Below the pieces are notes generated by a model. That model did not search any database, was not told the DNA's origin, and saw only the letters and a program-made list of their open reading frames with translations. Shown one piece after another: positions 59,094 through 64,000 of a stretch of DNA of 64,000 nt. A program made the position numbers and the translations under genes. This DNA comes from an uncultured virus (IMG/VR IMGVR_UViG_3300046387_001330) (lineage: Duplodnaviria > Heunggongvirae > Uroviricota > Caudoviricetes). Each line of letters begins with the position of its first letter. The first letter of the stretch is position 1. The stretch is from the IMG/VR virus record IMGVR_UViG_3300046387_001330. One strand, written 5' to 3'.

Positions 59094-59658
59094 CAAATTT
59101 ATATCAACTGATTATTTAGATCAATCTGCTTTTGAAGCAAAGTATAATAGAAAAGCATATGCTTTTTGGTTGGTTGGTAATAGTGGAAGTGGAAAAAGCA
59201 CTCTTGCAAAAGAGGTAGAAAAAAAACTTTTTGATGCCAACATTAAAGTAAAATGTTTAGACGGAGATAATATGAGAAACACTATCAATTCAGATTTAGA
59301 TTTATCTATTGAATCTAGAAATGAAAATATAAGAAGAAGTGCAGAAATTTCTAAAATGTTTTTAGAAACTGGAATTAGTACATTAAATTGTTTTATTTCA
59401 CCACTTGAAATATACCGTGAACAAGCAAAGAAAATAATCGGAAATCGTTTTCGTTTAATTTATATAAAAGCATCTAATGATGAAGTAAAAAAACGAGATG
59501 TTAAAGGATTTTACAAAAATGATGCAGATGCAATGAATAAATCACTTAATATGTTTGAAAAACCAATTGATCCAGACTTGATAATTGATACCACAAATAA
59601 ATCAATAAAATATTCCGCAAACATTTTGTATAATTTTGTATTAAATCAACCAATCTAA
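59080..59658 (+). CDS. cysC: Adenylyl-sulfate (APS) kinase
   Basis: WLVGNSGSGKSTLA, LDGDNMR, RNENIRR, FISP, RDVKGFY; adjacent to cysD and cysN. Confidence 0.88.
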   Translation: MNQTNKFISTDYLDQSAFEAKYNRKAYAFWLVGNSGSGKSTLAKEVEKKLFDANIKVKCLDGDNMRNTINSDLDLSIESRNENIRRSAEISKMFLETGISTLNCFISPLEIYREQAKKIIGNRFRLIYIKASNDEVKKRDVKGFYKNDADAMNKSLNMFEKPIDPDLIIDTTNKSIKYSANILYNFVLNQPI

Positions 59659-59673
59659 ATATTTATAAATGAG

Positions 59674-60579
59674 ATGAAAAAATGTAACTTATCACACCTA
59701 GAAGAACTTGAAGCAGAAAGCATTCATGTATTAAGAGAAACGGCTGCTCAGTTTTCAAGTTCCGCATTGCTTTTCAGTGGTGGTAAAGATAGTTTAGTCT
59801 GTCTTCACCTAATTGCAAAAGCATTTTATCCTGCTAACTCACCCTTCGTTGCGTTGCACGTTGATACAGGTCACAATTTCCCAGAGGTAATGGAATTTCG
59901 TGACAAAGTGTTAAAGCAATACAATATGAAGTTATTTGATCGTAAAGTAGAAGATGCGATTGCAGAAGGACTTGTTCACGATGAAACGGGTGTAGGAGCA
60001 ACTCGCAACGAACTTCAAATACCTGTGCTTCTTGATGCAATTGAGCATCACAAGTTTGATGCGTGTTTAGGTGGAGCAAGACGAGACGAAGAAAAAGCAA
60101 GAGCAAAAGAACGTTTCTTTTCACATCGTGATGATTTTGGTCAATGGGACCCAAAAAATCAACGACCAGAAATTTGGGATGCTTTTAACGGAAAGAAAAA
60201 TCAAGGTGAGCATTTCCGTGTATTTCCAATCAGCAATTGGACTGAACTAGATGTCTGGACATATTTGAAGCATGAAAACATTCCGTTGCCATCACTTTAC
60301 TTTTCACACAAAAGAAAATGCTATGAACGTGACGGAGTTTGGTATGGCCATGCTGATTACATTAAATTAAAAGACGATGAAAAACTAGAAGAAAAGGTGG
60401 TTCGTTTTCGGTCAATTGGTGATGTAACAACAACTGGTGCTTGTTTGAGTACTGCAAACAATCTTGATGATATTATTGCAGAAGTAGCAAGTGCTACTAC
60501 AACTGAAAGAGGAACAAGAGGAGACGATAAGAAATCTGAAACAAGTATGGAAGATCGTAAGCAACAAGGATATTTCTAA
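59674..60579 (+). CDS. cysD: Sulfate adenylyltransferase subunit 2
   Basis: LEAESIH, LFSGGKDS, HVDTGHNF, GGARRDEEKARAKER, WDPKNQRPE, RVFPISNWTELDVW, SMEDRKQQGYF. Confidence 0.97.
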   Translation: MKKCNLSHLEELEAESIHVLRETAAQFSSSALLFSGGKDSLVCLHLIAKAFYPANSPFVALHVDTGHNFPEVMEFRDKVLKQYNMKLFDRKVEDAIAEGLVHDETGVGATRNELQIPVLLDAIEHHKFDACLGGARRDEEKARAKERFFSHRDDFGQWDPKNQRPEIWDAFNGKKNQGEHFRVFPISNWTELDVWTYLKHENIPLPSLYFSHKRKCYERDGVWYGHADYIKLKDDEKLEEKVVRFRSIGDVTTTGACLSTANNLDDIIAEVASATTTERGTRGDDKKSETSMEDRKQQGYF

Positions 60580-60580
60580 A

Positions 60581-61906
60581 ATGGGTGATAACAAAGATAA
60601 TAAAAAGAAGTCTGATAAAACGAAATCAGATAATAAACCAAATGTAAATAAGTTGCAAAACAACGAACTTCTTCGTCTTTCAACTGCGGGTAGTGTAGAT
60701 GATGGTAAAAGTACCTTAATTGGACGTTTGCTTTATGATACAAAAAGTGTAATGAAAGATCAATACGAAGCAGTTCGTGCCACTTCCAAAAAGAAAGGTG
60801 AAGAAGAAGTAAATCTTGCTTATTTGACAGACGGACTTAAAAGTGAACGAGAACAAGGAATTACAATTGATGTTGCGTATCGTTATTTTAATACTGCGAA
60901 TCGTAAGTTTATTATTTCAGATACACCAGGACACGTTCAGTATACTCGTAACATGATTACAGGTGCAAGCAAAAGCAATGTCGCAATTATTTTAGTGGAT
61001 GCACGAAAAGGAATTTCCGAACAAACACGTAGACACTCTTTTATTGCAAGTCTTTTGAAAATACCTCATGTTATTTATGCGGTAAACAAAATGGACTTGA
61101 TTGATTATGATGAGCAAAAGTTCAATAAAATTCGTAATCAACTTAAACAATTCAGTGCAAAACTTCGTTGCAATGATATTCGTTTTATTCCTATTTCAGC
61201 ATTAAAAGGTGATAATGTTACAACCAAGTCTCAAAAAACCAAATGGTACAAAGGTGGTCATTTACTTGGTATGCTTGAAAATATTGAAATTTTCAGTGAC
61301 AATAATTTAGTGGATGCACGATTTGATATTCAAACTGTTATTCGTCCTCATTCTGATGAATGGCACGACTTTCGTGGATATGCTGGTAAAATCATAAGTG
61401 GTCGTTTTGAAAAAGGACAAAAAGTTCAAGTGCTTCCAAGTGGATTTGAAACTCGCATCAAAGATATGCGTGTTTACAAAGATTTAATAGATGAAGCCTG
61501 TACTCCTGCAAGTATTGTAATGCAACTTGAAGATGATATAGACGCAGGACGAGGTGATATGATCGCACGAATTGATAATTTACCAAATGTATCTCAGCAG
61601 TTTGATGCAATGGTTTGTTGGATGTCAGAAGATGTAATGCTTCCTCGTAAAAAGTATTTGCTTAAACACGGAAGCAACGAAGTAACTGCAATGATTACTA
61701 AAAAAGTTTATACACTTGATGTTAACACTTTCAGTAAAGCAGAAGATCAAACATTGCAACTTGGTTTGAATGACATAGCAAGAATTAGTATCAAAACAAG
61801 TAAACCATTAAACTTTGATGACTTTGAAAGCAATCGTGCGAATGGAAGTTTCATTTTAATTGATACACAAACAAATGAAACGATTGCGGCCGGAATGATT
61901 AAGTGA
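60581..61906 (+). CDS. cysN: Sulfate adenylyltransferase subunit 1 (GTPase)
   Basis: TAGSVDDGKSTLIGRLL, EREQGITIDVAYRYF, DTPGHVQYTRNM, NKMD, ISALKGDN. Start ATG 60581. Confidence 0.97.
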   Translation: MGDNKDNKKKSDKTKSDNKPNVNKLQNNELLRLSTAGSVDDGKSTLIGRLLYDTKSVMKDQYEAVRATSKKKGEEEVNLAYLTDGLKSEREQGITIDVAYRYFNTANRKFIISDTPGHVQYTRNMITGASKSNVAIILVDARKGISEQTRRHSFIASLLKIPHVIYAVNKMDLIDYDEQKFNKIRNQLKQFSAKLRCNDIRFIPISALKGDNVTTKSQKTKWYKGGHLLGMLENIEIFSDNNLVDARFDIQTVIRPHSDEWHDFRGYAGKIISGRFEKGQKVQVLPSGFETRIKDMRVYKDLIDEACTPASIVMQLEDDIDAGRGDMIARIDNLPNVSQQFDAMVCWMSEDVMLPRKKYLLKHGSNEVTAMITKKVYTLDVNTFSKAEDQTLQLGLNDIARISIKTSKPLNFDDFESNRANGSFILIDTQTNETIAAGMIK

Positions 61907-62910
61907 ATACTATTATAGTTACGGGTGGTCTTGGATACATCGGTAGTCATACCGTTGTAGAATTGCTAAACGAAGGATATGAAGTAGTTGTAATTGATAA
62001 TTTATCAAATTCTTCGGAGAATGTAATTGATGGTATTCGTGCAATCACAAAAAAGGGTGTTCACTTTTTTAATGTAGACATTCGTGATTATGATGAATTA
62101 GAAAAAGCATTTGGTTATTATCAACAAGACATAAAAGCAGTTGTGCATTTCGCTGCGTGTAAAAGTGTTGGTGAAAGTATGAAAGAACCAAGCAAATACT
62201 ACGACAACAATGTTGCGGGTACAAACAATTTGCTTATGGTAATGAAATACTATAACATCAAGAATTTGATATTCAGTAGCAGTTGTACCGTTTATGGTCA
62301 AGCAGACGAACTTCCTATCACAGAAAAAACTCCGCAAAAACCTGCGGAAAGTGTGTATGGTCGTACAAAGCAAATATGTGAACAAATGATAACTGATTTT
62401 CATATTGAACACGATTTTAATTCAACATTGCTTCGTTATTTTAATCCAATAGGATCACACGAAAGTGCATTAATTGGAGAACTACCAAACGGAGTACCTG
62501 ATAATTTAATTCCGTATGTTACGCAAACTGCAATTGGTAAACGAAAAGAACTTACTGTATTTGGAACAGATTATGATACACCCGATGGAACTTGTATTCG
62601 TGATTATATACACGTAGTAGATTTAGCAAAAGCACACGTTAAAGCAATTGTGGTATGCAACGAGAAAAAATTTAATGCCATTCCAATAAATTTGGGAACA
62701 GGTAACGGATACTCAGTAAAAGAGGTTCTTGATACGTTTCAAAAAGAAAATAATATAGAACTTAACATAAAATACGGAAAACGAAGAGAAGGTGATATTA
62801 CAAGTGCATATGCAGATGCTTCTCTTGCATACGAATTGTTACAATGGAAAGCAGAATTAGGTTTAATTGAAATGGTGAAATCTGCTTGGGAATGGGAACA
62901 AAAATTATAA
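61903..62910 (+). CDS. galE: UDP-glucose 4-epimerase
   Basis: TGGLGYIGSHT, KSVGES, YGRTK, LRYFNPIG, DGTCIRDYIHVVDLA. Confidence 0.95.
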   Translation: MNTIIVTGGLGYIGSHTVVELLNEGYEVVVIDNLSNSSENVIDGIRAITKKGVHFFNVDIRDYDELEKAFGYYQQDIKAVVHFAACKSVGESMKEPSKYYDNNVAGTNNLLMVMKYYNIKNLIFSSSCTVYGQADELPITEKTPQKPAESVYGRTKQICEQMITDFHIEHDFNSTLLRYFNPIGSHESALIGELPNGVPDNLIPYVTQTAIGKRKELTVFGTDYDTPDGTCIRDYIHVVDLAKAHVKAIVVCNEKKFNAIPINLGTGNGYSVKEVLDTFQKENNIELNIKYGKRREGDITSAYADASLAYELLQWKAELGLIEMVKSAWEWEQKL

Positions 62911-62961
62911 AAACTAATATTTATAAAAAAAGACTTTATTAATTAATTGGAGAAAATCAAA

Positions 62962-64000
62962 ATGATAACAAGTGAAGGTGATGCAGTAGTATCTTTTAAG
63001 GTGCGTGGTAATGTAGATTTATTCTTTGGAGTGCCACAAAAAAATAATCCCCAATCAATGTCAACAAATTTAGGTTTGCCTGATGTGGCAAACGATTCAT
63101 ATAAAATTGATGTATGGGAACAATCTGGTAGTGGAGCATTCGATGGTGATCCAGTTTCTTATGAAAACGGAACTGATAACCAAGCAGAAATTCAGGACAC
63201 AGAATGGAAAAGTCGTTTAAAGATTTCATTGACAGGAGACTCAGCAGAAACAAGATACATTTATGTTCGTGGTGGTTATGGTTCTGATGGTGAAAGAAAA
63301 CTTTGCTTTCCAGAAGTTAATTTTACAAAGTTTGCAAACAATTCTTTTTTAAATCCACATAGAACTATTATCGTTAATAAAAATCCAGCAACAGGTAATT
63401 TGTCGTTTACAACTGATGAAGACCCAACTGGATTTGATTTACGTGAAGCACACGATTTAAAATTAGTTTCAGGTAATGACTATAAGTTTAGAAAAGCAAC
63501 AGATACATTTAAATTTGTAGTTGGAACAAAAACTTTGTCACATGAAAGTGATAGTGTTGTAACTGCTAATGCAGATGTAAACTGGGATATGGAAGACCAA
63601 GCACAAACAGGTGTTTTTACTGTTGATACACTTGATAGTGAGTTTGATCCAACATTGTCAAACTTTTGGGACATGAAAACTGTTAATTTTATGGCAAGTC
63701 CAAATTTAAAAGACACTTACACATACGATAACATTTATAAGATTGAAATTAATGACAATTTTATTATTCATGGTAAAGGTGATTTTGCATACAGAAAAAA
63801 TTTATATAATATAGCAGGATACGAAACTTCTGTTGTAAAAAAACCAACATCTAATAGTCTTTTGTTTACCTTCGCAGGATGTTTGAATTTAAAAAATAGT
63901 AATGTAATTGAAAATTTGGATGTAAGTGATGTAACTAGCATGAACGGAGCATTCATGAATACATTGAAACTTGATGTTACATTATGGCAATGGCAATCAT
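62962..64000 (+). CDS. Large surface/virion protein beginning DUF285/BspA-like repeats (3'-truncated by window edge; not in ORF track)
   Basis: GGAG RBS, ATG 62962, frame open to the end of the window (MITSEGDAVVSFKVRG...FAGCLNL...LDVSDVTSMNGAF). Confidence 0.65.
   Translation, partial: MITSEGDAVVSFKVRGNVDLFFGVPQKNNPQSMSTNLGLPDVANDSYKIDVWEQSGSGAFDGDPVSYENGTDNQAEIQDTEWKSRLKISLTGDSAETRYIYVRGGYGSDGERKLCFPEVNFTKFANNSFLNPHRTIIVNKNPATGNLSFTTDEDPTGFDLREAHDLKLVSGNDYKFRKATDTFKFVVGTKTLSHESDSVVTANADVNWDMEDQAQTGVFTVDTLDSEFDPTLSNFWDMKTVNFMASPNLKDTYTYDNIYKIEINDNFIIHGKGDFAYRKNLYNIAGYETSVVKKPTSNSLLFTFAGCLNLKNSNVIENLDVSDVTSMNGAFMNTLKLDVTLWQWQS

Noticed and set aside
1..64000. tRNA, rRNA, CRISPR array, integrase or transposase
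   Set aside because: Intergenic gaps are short and accounted for; no cloverleaf, spaced-repeat array or recombinase motifs were seen by eye.

Overview
AT-rich, densely packed window with every credible gene on the + strand, mostly joined by ATGA/TAATG overlaps. It is best explained as part of a large (jumbo/huge) bacteriophage genome: it carries a phage-type dNMP kinase, a PD-(D/E)XK Holliday-junction resolvase and a 1657-aa collagen/LamG/S74-chaperone tail fibre. About 50 kb is one glycan-building locus with roughly 30 soluble glycosyltransferase-like genes (GT2/GT7, GT11, GT23-like, GT25, DUF616, WavQ-like, GT-D, PLOD-like). It also holds nucleotide-sugar enzymes (rfbA, rfbB, an NRS/ER-like reductase, glf, galE) and methyl-, acetyl- and pyruvyl-transferases. 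There are nine Sulfotransfer_2 paralogues plus a tenth sulfotransferase-like gene, and donor-supply enzymes for PAPS (cysC, cysD, cysN) and SAM (metK). No flippase, polymerase, ABC exporter or initiating phospho-GT is visible, which points to cytoplasmic glycosylation and sulfation of virion proteins (inference). The raw DNA also shows: (i) an A12 tract that frameshifts one WavQ-like paralogue; (ii) direct repeats of gene 3' ends bracketing single-gene insertions, plus an orphan sulfotransferase tail; (iii) a TATTTAT motif 4-7 nt before start codons in most longer intergenic gaps; (iv) QueF and LMW-PTP homologues lacking their catalytic Cys. All family calls come from motif recognition by eye, not database searches.
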